Positions 1 through 9,176 of a stretch of DNA of 29,613 nt are shown here, one piece after another; the first letter of the stretch is position 1; each line of letters starts with the position of its first letter. This DNA is from Gammaproteobacteria bacterium (GTDB lineage: Bacteria; Pseudomonadota; Gammaproteobacteria; JBPCXK01). Location of the stretch: the NCBI GenBank assembly GCA_051008635.1, contig JBPCXK010000123.1, positions 1 to 29,613 on the forward strand, read 5' to 3'. A program made the position numbers and the translations under genes. A model generated the notes under the pieces. It was not told the origin of the DNA and ran no database searches. It saw nothing but the letters and a program-made list of their open reading frames with translations.

Positions 1-603
1 ATCCTGGACGGTGAAAAAATAGTCACCGACTGCGGCGCCTACCTGTATACGTCGTCCTACAAGGATCGCAACAAATTCCGCTCCACTGCTTGTCACAACA
101 CCCCCCAGGTCGACGGCGAAGAAATCAATCGTTTTGTTCGGCCCGACTATTTGTGGAGCCTGCATTACGACGCGACGCCACAGGTGCATGCCTGGAATAC
201 CGACGGGCATATTACCGAATTCGTTGGTTCCCACGCCGGATATAGCAGACTGGAAGCGCAGCTTGCCCCGAAGCGTCGCATCAGACTGGAACACGCTTCG
301 CATACCCTGACGGTCACCGACGAAATCAGGGGCAGCGGCGACCACCACGTGGAGATACCGCTGCACCTGGCAGCCGGCGTGGACATCAGCGAACAAAACG
401 ACAACGGATTCTTGCTCGAAAAAAACGGCAAACTGTTTCGCCTGACCTGGCTCGCCAACGGTGGGTGGCAGGTCCGCAGAGAACCTGCCCGCGTATCTCC
501 CAGCTATGGGGTAGTTACGCGAACCCTCAAACTACTTTGGTGTTTCGACGGCTTGTTGCCTGCGAAGCTGGTGATCGTGGTCGTTCCGGTAACGAAGTTT
601 TAG
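1..603 (+). CDS. Heparinase II/III-family protein, C-terminal part (5' end outside window)
   Basis: Frame is open from base 1: ILDGEKIVTDCGAYLYTSSYKDRNKFRSTACHNTPQVDGEE. This matches the family pattern DxGxYxY...R..FRST..HNT..VDG and is followed by HAGY and a beta-rich tail. TAG at 601-603. Confidence 0.85.
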   Translation: MLDGEKIVTDCGAYLYTSSYKDRNKFRSTACHNTPQVDGEEINRFVRPDYLWSLHYDATPQVHAWNTDGHITEFVGSHAGYSRLEAQLAPKRRIRLEHASHTLTVTDEIRGSGDHHVEIPLHLAAGVDISEQNDNGFLLEKNGKLFRLTWLANGGWQVRREPARVSPSYGVVTRTLKLLWCFDGLLPAKLVIVVVPVTKF

Positions 604-613
604 CCCGCGTTTC

Positions 614-1411
614 TCACGGGGCGGGATATGCGGGATAGATCTCTCGAGACTTCAGAAACTCCCGGCAGCGATCGCATTTGGGATTATTTGCCTCGAGAAA
701 TGTATACACACTCATGTGCAGTGCAGGCAGTGGAAAGCGGCGGATGCTGACAGAGCCGAAGAAATGCCTGACCACGGAAACGATTTCATTGGCAGTGTTG
801 ACATGTTCATGGCGCATCAGGCTTTTGTAATCGAGACCGGTTCGTAGCCGATAAGCAATTCCAGTGGACATGCGCCAGGAAAGGCCCCAAAGCAGCCCGC
901 CCTCGCTCGGAATACCCGCCCTGAACGCACCGTGGGGGGCAAGCAGTAAGCCAGAGCGAGCAACGACCTCGGGCAGATCCAAGACATGCTCCAACACGGC
1001 TACAGACAAGATCGTCTGGTAGCGTGCGTCCTCGGGAATCTCTGCGATGTCTGAGTAGAAGTGTCTGATTTCCTGGCGATGAGACGAATCGGCGAACAAT
1101 TCCACGAAAGGCTCAACACAGTCGTATGTCTCTGCATTTTTTTCATACGCAACGTGATTCAGCGACCCGGCGCCGATTTCCAGAATGCGCCCCGTGTTGT
1201 TGGATGCAGCAACCTTGTGGTGCATCCAGGACTCCAAAAACTGCACGGCGCGTTGAAGCGTCCCTGCACCGGTACGATTTAGTTTGTACTCCTGCGTATA
1301 TATGTCCCTGTGCGCTTCCGTCATCGGCGGGCGAACACGTGGATAACTAGCCAAGAGCTCGTCGACCCTGTCCATGGCAGTTTGTCCAACCTTCGCACTT
1401 TCTTGTTTCAC
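614..1411 (-). CDS. Class I SAM-dependent methyltransferase (type A, copy 1)
   Basis: Motif I ILEIGAG, then VAVLEH, GIPSEGGLLWG and HEHVN. Paralog of 19633..20418. Confidence 0.85.
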   Translation of the reverse strand: MKQESAKVGQTAMDRVDELLASYPRVRPPMTEAHRDIYTQEYKLNRTGAGTLQRAVQFLESWMHHKVAASNNTGRILEIGAGSLNHVAYEKNAETYDCVEPFVELFADSSHRQEIRHFYSDIAEIPEDARYQTILSVAVLEHVLDLPEVVARSGLLLAPHGAFRAGIPSEGGLLWGLSWRMSTGIAYRLRTGLDYKSLMRHEHVNTANEIVSVVRHFFGSVSIRRFPLPALHMSVYTFLEANNPKCDRCREFLKSREIYPAYPAP

Positions 1412-1559
1412 AAAATCGCTTCGGTGATATTGTTAGCGGTGGCGGTCACGATGTGCAAGCGCTCGACGCAACGAGACGTTGTCTGATCTGCGCACAACCG
1501 GCGGGTCGCGCCAACTTTGCTATACAATGGCGCCTGCTATGCGGTTCAGCAACTCGTAA

Positions 1560-3257
1560 ATGCCTGTACTCCGATATTTGTTTGGAGTCGTACCCACTCG
1601 GGGCGCGCGGGAAACCGTGATAGTTTCAATTCTCGTCGTTGCGACCGCTGTCTTCGTGTCGTGGGAGCATATCAAACCTCTGAGCCTCCCGTTCCCTCCC
1701 GATCTGCATGCACGTTTGTCTTTTGAGATTGCCGTGAATCGGGTGTACTGTGGGATGACAAGTCACCTGATCACCCTGGCTTCAACGGAAGTAGCGGCCG
1801 GCGACCTCCAGCATATCCCGGCCGGTTCATTTCGCGACCTCGTACTGAGCAAGTCGCTGAGAGAATTCATATCAGAAAATACAGCTATCATCGATACACC
1901 GATTCGTCTTCTGGTCGAGCAGAACGCGGGCTCGCGCGAAATTTATTGCGCAGGGCAAGCGACTTCGTTTCTCAACAACGAGAATTCACTGATGTATCTG
2001 CATTCAGGGTTGCTGTCAGCAATTGGCGGCATCACGCCCTACCAGATCGGGCTTACTTTCAGATTCATCAGATTTGCCGCATTGATATTGTTTGCCGTCC
2101 TGTTGATCAGGGTGGGCTTCAGCCCGATCGTGTCGCTGCTGGCGCTCGTTGTGGCAACTTATACCGCGCATGTGGTTAGCACCACACACTACTACAGCAT
2201 CTATCCGTTTCTCGTTCCTGCCGTACTCTTCTTCATATCACTCTGCGGCCTGGCCCTTTCCGCTGAAACGCACCGGAGATGGCTGCCAACGATTGTTCTG
2301 GTCTTGCTGCTGGGATTTGCAGCCGCGGGAATCGTCAACGTGCGAACAAGCTATACAGTTGTCATTCTCTTTTTGTTCGGTTTGTTCCTGATGTTTGTCG
2401 TGGTGGAGTTGCTTCGAACCAGGAAAGAGAGTAGAGGCAGGACGTACCTGCTGGGTATCGCCGCAGCCGTTATGTTTGCGGTTGGTTATTCGGCGTTTAC
2501 AACGACGCTTATCAAACCGCTGACCAAGCTGAACACCCAGATGAACTATGCTCACCATCCGATTGCACACCCTCTGGTTCTGGGGCTCGCATGGCCTGAG
2601 AACGAGTTGTCCCGAGCGGAAGGCATCGAATGGAACGATGGTTTGGGCCTTGAGCTTGCGAGGCGCATCGATAACGACGTCACGTATCTCGGACCAACTT
2701 ATGAACAGGCGCTTTTTACGTATTACGCAAAGCTGTGGTTCTTTTACCCGGAGAGAATGCGGGCAGTATACGAGGCGAAGCTTCGCATGGCGGGGAGAAA
2801 CGGTGTCGACTATCTGTTAGGAAAGCTGAGGCAAAAAAACGACATGGCAAGCAAGCTGCAACGCCTGTTGCTCTGGCCGATAACCCTTTTCCCGGATGGA
2901 TTCGCTCTTTTCTTGGCTTACCTTGCCATTTGTGCGGCAACCTTGTTGCTGTGGTGTTTTCACAGAGCCCGTAGCGATATCGCGTATGTTTTGCTGGCCC
3001 TCGCGGGAGCAGCGACGTTGCTCCATCTGGAAGCAGCGATAATCATACCGGTCTTTAATCCTTCTCATCAAAGTTACCTGATGTTCTGGTTCTATATGGT
3101 CGGTATCCTGGTCTTTCAGCTTGCCGGCGCATCGACTGTTTATTTATCGGGCTTCATCGGAAAATTCCGCGCGAACGACCACAGCCCAGGTGACCGACAA
3201 GTGGTTGGGGGACATGATGATCGCAGGAAGCCTGAGCTCTTACGGGCAAAGACATAA
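1560..3257 (+). CDS. Polytopic membrane protein, putative GT-C-fold glycosyltransferase
   Basis: 565 aa. One N-terminal hydrophobic helix, a soluble loop, a run of hydrophobic helices, then a large loop (HHPIAHPLVLGL...GIEWND...TYLGPTYEQ) and further helices. Lies directly upstream of a polyprenyl-phosphate GT2. The CDS is secure; the GT-C call is inference. Confidence 0.6.
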   Translation: MPVLRYLFGVVPTRGARETVIVSILVVATAVFVSWEHIKPLSLPFPPDLHARLSFEIAVNRVYCGMTSHLITLASTEVAAGDLQHIPAGSFRDLVLSKSLREFISENTAIIDTPIRLLVEQNAGSREIYCAGQATSFLNNENSLMYLHSGLLSAIGGITPYQIGLTFRFIRFAALILFAVLLIRVGFSPIVSLLALVVATYTAHVVSTTHYYSIYPFLVPAVLFFISLCGLALSAETHRRWLPTIVLVLLLGFAAAGIVNVRTSYTVVILFLFGLFLMFVVVELLRTRKESRGRTYLLGIAAAVMFAVGYSAFTTTLIKPLTKLNTQMNYAHHPIAHPLVLGLAWPENELSRAEGIEWNDGLGLELARRIDNDVTYLGPTYEQALFTYYAKLWFFYPERMRAVYEAKLRMAGRNGVDYLLGKLRQKNDMASKLQRLLLWPITLFPDGFALFLAYLAICAATLLLWCFHRARSDIAYVLLALAGAATLLHLEAAIIIPVFNPSHQSYLMFWFYMVGILVFQLAGASTVYLSGFIGKFRANDHSPGDRQVVGGHDDRRKPELLRAKT

Positions 3258-3266
3258 AGGTACGAA

Positions 3267-4277
3267 GTGGACGACGACCGCGAAAGCGCGATCACGGATC
3301 CTGCTCTAGTCAGTATTACGATACCCGTTTTCAACGAAAACGCGGTTCTCCCGAAGCTGCTGGAGCGCCTCGCGGCTATCGCCAGGAGTCTGAAGTACAA
3401 ATACCGCTTTGAGTTCATCTTTGTGGATGACGGCAGCGACGACAATAGTCTCGACGTGCTGAGAGGTCTCGCGAGCCAGGACTCGCGCGTGCGCATACTG
3501 GAACTACGCCGCAACTATGGACAGACCGCAGCGCTACAAGCCGCCTTCGACACGGCGCGCGGCGCAATTATCATTTCAATGGATGCGGATCTGCAGCATT
3601 TTCCGGAAGACATCCCTTTGTTCCTGGAGAAAATAGAGGCAGGGAGCGACGTCGTGTGCGGATGGCGCCACCAAAGGCGCGAGGGAGTGATTCGCCGCTG
3701 GCCGTCGAAGATCGCCAATATTCTGATTCGCCGTGTTTCCGGCGTCAGCGTGCACGACATTGGCACGACTTTCCGCGCCTATCGGGCAGAAATCATTCGC
3801 GAACTGTTCCTGCTTGGCGAAAACCACCGATTCGTTCCCGTGTTCGCAAAGATGGCAGGCGCCAGAATCGACGAAGTGACGATCGAAAACATCCCCCGAC
3901 CGGCTGGGGAGTCGAGCTACGGGCTGTCGCGAACGGTCAATGTCTTCCTGGACTTGTTTTTCCTGTATTTCTATACCCATCACCTCGATCGGCCTCTACG
4001 CCTTTTCGGCAAAATAGCCTTGCTCTTGTTTCTGTTCGGCGGCGTGATCGCAAGTTGGTTATTGATACTTGCTCTCGTATACAACATTCCATCTGTGCGA
4101 GAGCATAGCGGCTGGTTCGTATTGTCCATGGTCATGTTTTTGACCGGTGTGCAATTGATATTGATCGGGATCGTTGCCGAAGTATTGGCAAGACTGTACT
4201 TTCAGCCAGGGAAAAGAACGCGCTATCGTGTGCGTCGGGAATGGGGCAACGTGGCGTCTTCCGGAGTCGAGTCCTGA
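3267..4277 (+). CDS. GT2 polyprenyl-phosphate glycosyltransferase (ArnC/GtrB/DPM1-like)
   Basis: IPVFNE, FVDDGSDD, RNYGQTAA, MDADLQH, VCGWR and two C-terminal TM helices. GTG start. Confidence 0.9.
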   Translation: MDDDRESAITDPALVSITIPVFNENAVLPKLLERLAAIARSLKYKYRFEFIFVDDGSDDNSLDVLRGLASQDSRVRILELRRNYGQTAALQAAFDTARGAIIISMDADLQHFPEDIPLFLEKIEAGSDVVCGWRHQRREGVIRRWPSKIANILIRRVSGVSVHDIGTTFRAYRAEIIRELFLLGENHRFVPVFAKMAGARIDEVTIENIPRPAGESSYGLSRTVNVFLDLFFLYFYTHHLDRPLRLFGKIALLLFLFGGVIASWLLILALVYNIPSVREHSGWFVLSMVMFLTGVQLILIGIVAEVLARLYFQPGKRTRYRVRREWGNVASSGVES

Positions 4278-4278
4278 T

Positions 4279-6243
4279 ATGTGCGGAATATTCGGGGTGT
4301 ACAGTTGGCGCAACGGAATTCACAACACCCATACGCTGTGCGCGCTGACAAACACCCTTCAACACAGAGGTCCGGACGACGGGGCTTACTGGACTGACAA
4401 CAGCTTTTTCTTCGGTCATCGCCGTCTGGCGATCATCGATCTGGTGCACGGGATACAACCGATGGCGACCCACGATGGGTTGGTCGTAGTCACCTTTAAC
4501 GGAGAAATATATAACTACATTGAGCTCCGCGCGCTGCTGGAACAGCGTGGTTATGTCTTCAGCACCAACTCAGACACAGAAGTGCTGCTTCACGGCTTTG
4601 TCGAATGGGGTACGCGCTTACCGGAACGATTAACAGGCATGTTCGCTTTCGCGATCGCAGACAGACGAGACAGGTCTCTGTTCCTTGCGCGTGACCCGTT
4701 TGGCGAAAAACCGCTGTTCCTGTTTGAGACTGCTGAAGGAGTGACATTTTCATCCGAGGTTCGGGCATTGGCGGCACTGCCGACATTGAGCGCCGCCGTT
4801 GATGGTGACGCGCTCGCTCGATACCTTTGCCTCAATTACGCGCCTGGCGAGCACACCCTTCTCGCCGGCGTGCGGCGCCTGAAGCCAGGTAACTGGCGAC
4901 TGTACGACAGCGCCGGAAAGACACGGGAGGAAACATATTGGTCGCCGCACGGCGCAGCCACAAGCGGGCTCGACGGGGCGACCGTAGAAGCGGCTGCGGA
5001 AAAACTGGGGCAGCGAATCGACAACGCGGTCGCGATCGCGCTGCGTAGTGACGTTCCCGTAGGTCTGTTCCTTTCGGGCGGAATGGATTCAGCGCTGGTA
5101 GCGGAAAGCGCGGTTCGACAGGGCGTTCTGGACCGTGCCTTCTGTCTCGACTTTGCCGAGTCGACGTTCAGCGAGTGGCACAAAGCCAGGCTCGTGGCAA
5201 TAAAGCTGGGCTTGCCGCTGACACGTGTCGTTCTCTCCTGTGATGTCATGGAGGATTTCCTGAGTATCGTTGCGCACGCGGATGACCCGCTGGCGGACTC
5301 ATCAGCGCTGGCCGTGTGGACGCTGGCAAGAGAGGCAGCCCGGCATCAAAAGGTGGTGATCAGCGGCGACGGAGGGGATGAGCTTTTTGCCGGCTACCTG
5401 ACATACAAAGCCACGCTGGCCCATAAGTATTTCGCGCGGTTGTTACCCGGCTGGGCACGACGAGGACTTGCCGGCCTGGGAGGGCTGATGCCAACAACCG
5501 AGAGGAAGGTGTCCGCCTCGTACAAGTTGATGCGGTATCTGCGGGCGGCTGACCTGCCGCCCGCACAAGCCCACTTCGCCTGGAACGGAGCATGGATGCC
5601 GGAAGAGGCGGCATCGTTGCTATTGGACGAGAACGCTCAGGAGACAGCCGCAGGATTTCTTGCGCATATCGCGAACCAACATAATTTGCCAAACGAGCCG
5701 GCTTTGACTGATTTACAACGCGCCGATGCCGAGGAATATCTGCCTAACGATATTCTGACCAAAGTCGACAGAATGAGCATGGCCCACGGGCTCGAGGTCC
5801 GCGCACCGCTATTGAACCCCGACGTGGCGAGGTTTGCGTTTGGCCTGCCCGACCGACTGAAGCTAAGCCCCGCGAGCAAGCCAAAGATGCTCCTGCGCGC
5901 GCTGGCGGAAAAAAAATACGGCCCCCAGATCAGCACGGCGGCGAAACAAGGGTTCAGCATTCCGATACACGCATGGCTTCGGGGCCCGGCTCGCTATCTG
6001 GTGGACGACTTGTTATCGACGACATCGGTGGAGAAGACCGGCATGCTGCGCAGCGAGGTAGTCGAGAGTGTAAAAAACCAACATATGTCCGGGCGGCGAT
6101 CTCTGGGCTACGAGCTTTGGGGACTCATGGTGTTTGTGGCATGGCACCGCGCGCGAGTTGAAACCAAACCGACTGCCTGTCCGGCAGATCTAAAGCAACT
6201 GTCGTTCGGCGCTGAAACTCGCCAACGGTACTTGAGCACGTAA
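4279..6243 (+). CDS. asnB: Asparagine synthase (glutamine-hydrolysing)-family amidotransferase, copy 1
   Basis: Start placed at ATG 4279 (MCGIFG, class II GATase N-terminal Cys). Also HRGPD, HRRLAIID, NGEIYNY, LSGGMDS, SGDGGDELFAGY and KVDRMSMAHGLEVRAP. Confidence 0.95.
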   Translation: MCGIFGVYSWRNGIHNTHTLCALTNTLQHRGPDDGAYWTDNSFFFGHRRLAIIDLVHGIQPMATHDGLVVVTFNGEIYNYIELRALLEQRGYVFSTNSDTEVLLHGFVEWGTRLPERLTGMFAFAIADRRDRSLFLARDPFGEKPLFLFETAEGVTFSSEVRALAALPTLSAAVDGDALARYLCLNYAPGEHTLLAGVRRLKPGNWRLYDSAGKTREETYWSPHGAATSGLDGATVEAAAEKLGQRIDNAVAIALRSDVPVGLFLSGGMDSALVAESAVRQGVLDRAFCLDFAESTFSEWHKARLVAIKLGLPLTRVVLSCDVMEDFLSIVAHADDPLADSSALAVWTLAREAARHQKVVISGDGGDELFAGYLTYKATLAHKYFARLLPGWARRGLAGLGGLMPTTERKVSASYKLMRYLRAADLPPAQAHFAWNGAWMPEEAASLLLDENAQETAAGFLAHIANQHNLPNEPALTDLQRADAEEYLPNDILTKVDRMSMAHGLEVRAPLLNPDVARFAFGLPDRLKLSPASKPKMLLRALAEKKYGPQISTAAKQGFSIPIHAWLRGPARYLVDDLLSTTSVEKTGMLRSEVVESVKNQHMSGRRSLGYELWGLMVFVAWHRARVETKPTACPADLKQLSFGAETRQRYLST

Positions 6244-6256
6244 GGTCGATATATCT

Positions 6257-6616
6257 ATGAAACCAGTTCAGATTTTTCTGTGCGTGGCCTGCATTTTGCT
6301 GATTACCGTTGGTCAGAGCCTGTTGAAGAAGGCCGTTGGGCATCATCACGACCTGGCCACTGTCCACGATATGCACGCACTGCTAACAAACGTCTGGTTA
6401 TGGCTGGGGTTCGGCGTCTATGGAATCTGCTTTGTTCTTTATCTGATTTTGCTGCGGGGCCTGCCGCTCGCATACGTCTACCCCGTCTTCGCCCTTACAT
6501 TCATCACCGTCCCCGTGACTGGTCTTGTCGTCTTCGGGGAAAAAATGACGCCGTATGGGTTTGCCGGCGGCGCATTTATCGTGCTCGGCATCTATTTGAT
6601 ATCGCGGCAATACTGA
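6257..6616 (+). CDS. SMR/DMT-family small membrane protein (ArnE/ArnF-like putative lipid-linked sugar flippase)
   Basis: 119 aa with four hydrophobic helices; GQSLLK, LPLAYVYP and GLVVFGEK motifs. Confidence 0.75.
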   Translation: MKPVQIFLCVACILLITVGQSLLKKAVGHHHDLATVHDMHALLTNVWLWLGFGVYGICFVLYLILLRGLPLAYVYPVFALTFITVPVTGLVVFGEKMTPYGFAGGAFIVLGIYLISRQY

Positions 6617-6638
6617 CGTTTGCCAACGGCAATCGTCA
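6614..6638. other. Stem-loop overlapping the SMR stop codon
   Basis: TGACG-T-TTGCC-AAC-GGCAA-T-CGTCA: 10 bp stem with one T/T mismatch and a 3-nt loop. No U-tract, so not called a terminator. Confidence 0.3.
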
Positions 6639-6825
6639 TAACCCCGCCGTCCGTCGCACCCCAGGCCCCGCCTGGATCAAGAAAGCCAGCCACTCGGCTT
6701 GCTGAGGGTCGTTTTTGCCATATAGTATCGGCACAGTTTTCGACCAACCCTGGAGCACGAGCCGCCACACCTCTCAGCCCGGAATGGGGCAGCGCGCGAC
6801 GCACGAAGTCCCTCGAGCAATCTGT

Positions 6826-7659
6826 ATGCAACAAAGCCAATCTATTCATCCGGACAAGCTGGAGATTCAGAAGCAGTGGGACACCGATCCGTGCGGCGCC
6901 TATACGGTCGACGACGTCCCGACCGAAACGCTGGAGTACTATCGGGCCATACGTAAACACCGTTATGACGAATACGCGCCATGGATGGGTGAGGCGATGG
7001 CGTTCTCGCGCTGGCAGGACAAAGACGTTCTGGAGATCGGTACGGGTGTGGGCAGCGACCATTTCCGCCTCGCCAGCCAAGGCAACCGCATGACCGCGCT
7101 CGATCTCAGTCGTGAGCATCTGCGCCACACATCGCGCCACCTCGAACTCGAAGGGCTGAGAACCGCGGCAATCTACGGTGATGCCGAGGGTATGCAGCTG
7201 GAAGACGAAAGCTTCGACCTCGTGTACTCCTTTGGCGTATTGCACCACACTCCTGACATTGCCAGAGCACTGTCGGAGGTCAAACGGGTGCTGCGGCCGC
7301 AGGGTACGGCGATCATTGGCCTATACCATCGCAATTCTGCTTTTTTCTGGCTCCGAACCATTGCAGAAAGAGGCATTGTCCGCGGCAGGCTGTTTACCCA
7401 AGGCTATCGTCGGTTGATGTCGGAGATCGAGGTGCGCACCGATCCCGACTCCGCGATACCCATCGTCAATGTCTATTCCAGACGCGAAGTTCGTCGCCTG
7501 TTCCGTAATTTCGCCTCGGTAAGTATCTCGGCACATCATATCGAGTGGCCACACCTCGGGATCCCACGAGGGCTATACCATGTGGTGGGGCGCGGGACGC
7601 TCGAGCGATTTGCAAGGGGCTTGGGGTGGTACCTGATTGTGCACGCTCATAAGGAATAG
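6826..7659 (+). CDS. Class I SAM-dependent methyltransferase (type B, copy 1)
   Basis: VLEIGTGVG, DAEGM, SFDLVYSFGVLHHTPD and RVLRPQG. Start at ATG 6826 is a judgement; the ORF is open from 6715. Confidence 0.9.
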   Translation: MQQSQSIHPDKLEIQKQWDTDPCGAYTVDDVPTETLEYYRAIRKHRYDEYAPWMGEAMAFSRWQDKDVLEIGTGVGSDHFRLASQGNRMTALDLSREHLRHTSRHLELEGLRTAAIYGDAEGMQLEDESFDLVYSFGVLHHTPDIARALSEVKRVLRPQGTAIIGLYHRNSAFFWLRTIAERGIVRGRLFTQGYRRLMSEIEVRTDPDSAIPIVNVYSRREVRRLFRNFASVSISAHHIEWPHLGIPRGLYHVVGRGTLERFARGLGWYLIVHAHKE

Positions 7660-7838
7660 TGCTCGTTTCCCGTATCGTTCGATCTCCGCCTGAAAAACCC
7701 ACAAAACCGCTTCGCAGGCCTGCCAGAAATAACTTCACATTTCTCGGCGGTCGCTCCTGCGTGTCCTGCGCCCGCGACACTTGCACATCCCTGTGCGACG
7801 TCTATCCATCCCGCGTGGCGGCGTTGCTTCGGCAGTTA

Positions 7839-7852
7839 AATAGCCGGCTATT
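7839..7852. promoter_or_regulatory. Perfect 14-bp palindrome upstream of wzx, possible operator
   Basis: AATAGCCGGCTATT is its own reverse complement and ends 43 nt before the wzx ATG. Confidence 0.3.
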
Positions 7853-7895
7853 CGCCTGCCTCGCGCCTTGCCACACGGGCGCCTGGACCTAAGAA

Positions 7896-9176
7896 ATGCG
7901 AACTTATTTCTGGCAGAACCCTAAAGCCCGCGCACAAGAGTTGCTGGCCCTGGACTTCGGTCGACAAGTCGCAGAGACCTTTGCGGTGCGCGTGCTGCTG
8001 ACAATCGTCTCCCTGATCACAACCGTATTGATCGCGCGGCTTTTGGGGCCGGACGGCAGAGGCCTGTATGCTGTTCTGATGACGATTGCGACCGTAGGCG
8101 TGCAGCTTGGCAACCTGGGCTTCCACTCATCCAACACGTACTACGTGGCCCAAAACAGGTCGCTCATGCCTACGCTGGCGAGTAATTCTCTTTTGCTGAG
8201 CGCATTCGCAGGCGGCGGCTGCGGCCTGTTGGCGTGGACACTGTTTGCGGCATGGCCGGAGGTCGCGCCGGCGCGCGGGAGCGTGTTGCTGCCTGCATTG
8301 ATCTGGATGCCAATCGGCCTTGCGTACCTGCTCCTGCAGAATCTTCTGCTCGGCATCCAGGATGTCCGCGCCTTCAACCTGATCGAGTTGGCGACCAGGC
8401 TGCTTGGGGTCGGGCTTATCGCAATTATCGTGTTGCTCGACCTGATATCCGTGCAGCAGTTGTTTGGCGCCGCCCTCATCGCGGTCGCACTCGGTGTGGT
8501 CTTCCTGATCTGGAGAATCTCACACCATATGTCTGGCTGGCTACCGCCATCAGTCGGGCTGATTCAGGAAAATATCCGTTATGGGCTCAAGGCATACCTC
8601 TCGGCGCTGTGTTCGTTCCTGGTGCTGCGCGTGGATGTCTTTATGGTGCAGCACATGCTGGGGAACGAGCAGACCGGCTACTATTCGATCGCGGTCGCCA
8701 TGGCGGATATGGTCCTGATGCTGCCTTTAGTGATCGGCATGCTTTTGTTTCCGAAACTTACGGCCATGCAGAATGCTGAGCACAAATGGTCGGCCACAGG
8801 TCGCGTGCTGAAGCTCACCGGCATGAGCATGGCCGTGCTGGGCGTCATAGCCGCACTTGTCGCAGAACCTCTGGTTCGGATGCTGTTTGGCGGCGAATTC
8901 AGCCCCGCGGTGCCGGCATTTATGTGGCTCATTCCCGGAGTCGTGTTGCTCTCTATAAACATGATTCTGATGAACTACTTTGCTGCCATAGGCATGCCCG
9001 CCATCACGGTGTACTCGCCACTCCTGGCGACGGTGGTAAACGTCGGCCTCAACATCGAGCTGATACCGCACTGGGGCATCTCAGGGGCAGCTATGGCTTC
9101 GACGCTTGCGTATGGGTTGATGCTGTTTGCGAGCATCATCTACTTGAAGAAAGAAAAACAAAAGCGCCAAGCATGA
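7896..9176 (+). CDS. wzx: Wzx-type oligosaccharide flippase (MOP superfamily)
   Basis: 426 aa, hydrophobic throughout; ARLLGPDGRG, LRVDVFM, GYYSIAV and LIPHWGISGAAMAS motifs. Confidence 0.9.
   Translation: MRTYFWQNPKARAQELLALDFGRQVAETFAVRVLLTIVSLITTVLIARLLGPDGRGLYAVLMTIATVGVQLGNLGFHSSNTYYVAQNRSLMPTLASNSLLLSAFAGGGCGLLAWTLFAAWPEVAPARGSVLLPALIWMPIGLAYLLLQNLLLGIQDVRAFNLIELATRLLGVGLIAIIVLLDLISVQQLFGAALIAVALGVVFLIWRISHHMSGWLPPSVGLIQENIRYGLKAYLSALCSFLVLRVDVFMVQHMLGNEQTGYYSIAVAMADMVLMLPLVIGMLLFPKLTAMQNAEHKWSATGRVLKLTGMSMAVLGVIAALVAEPLVRMLFGGEFSPAVPAFMWLIPGVVLLSINMILMNYFAAIGMPAITVYSPLLATVVNVGLNIELIPHWGISGAAMASTLAYGLMLFASIIYLKKEKQKRQA

Noticed and set aside
1517-1528. Sigma70 promoter at TACAAT (1523-1528)
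   Set aside because: A -10-like hexamer only, with no convincing -35.
4174-4278. Longer ORF-track starts (4174, 6715, 8786, 11800, 18698, 23258)
   Set aside because: They overlap upstream genes or add non-homologous leaders; downstream starts fit family N-termini, RBS or ATGA coupling better.
4279-6243. AsnB as a lasso-peptide cyclase (either copy)
   Set aside because: Both keep a full glutaminase domain with Cys2; I saw no B1/B2 (PqqD/transglutaminase) gene or precursor peptide; the context is glycan biosynthesis.
3267-6616. Canonical arn (L-Ara4N) operon
   Set aside because: ArnC-, ArnE/F- and possibly ArnT-like parts are present, but there are no ArnA, ArnB or ArnD homologs in the window.
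6592-7248. Long antisense ORFs (e.g. 6592..7248, 12163..12954, 14241..14957)
   Set aside because: Opposite-strand shadows of well-supported genes in GC-rich DNA, with no recognisable motifs.
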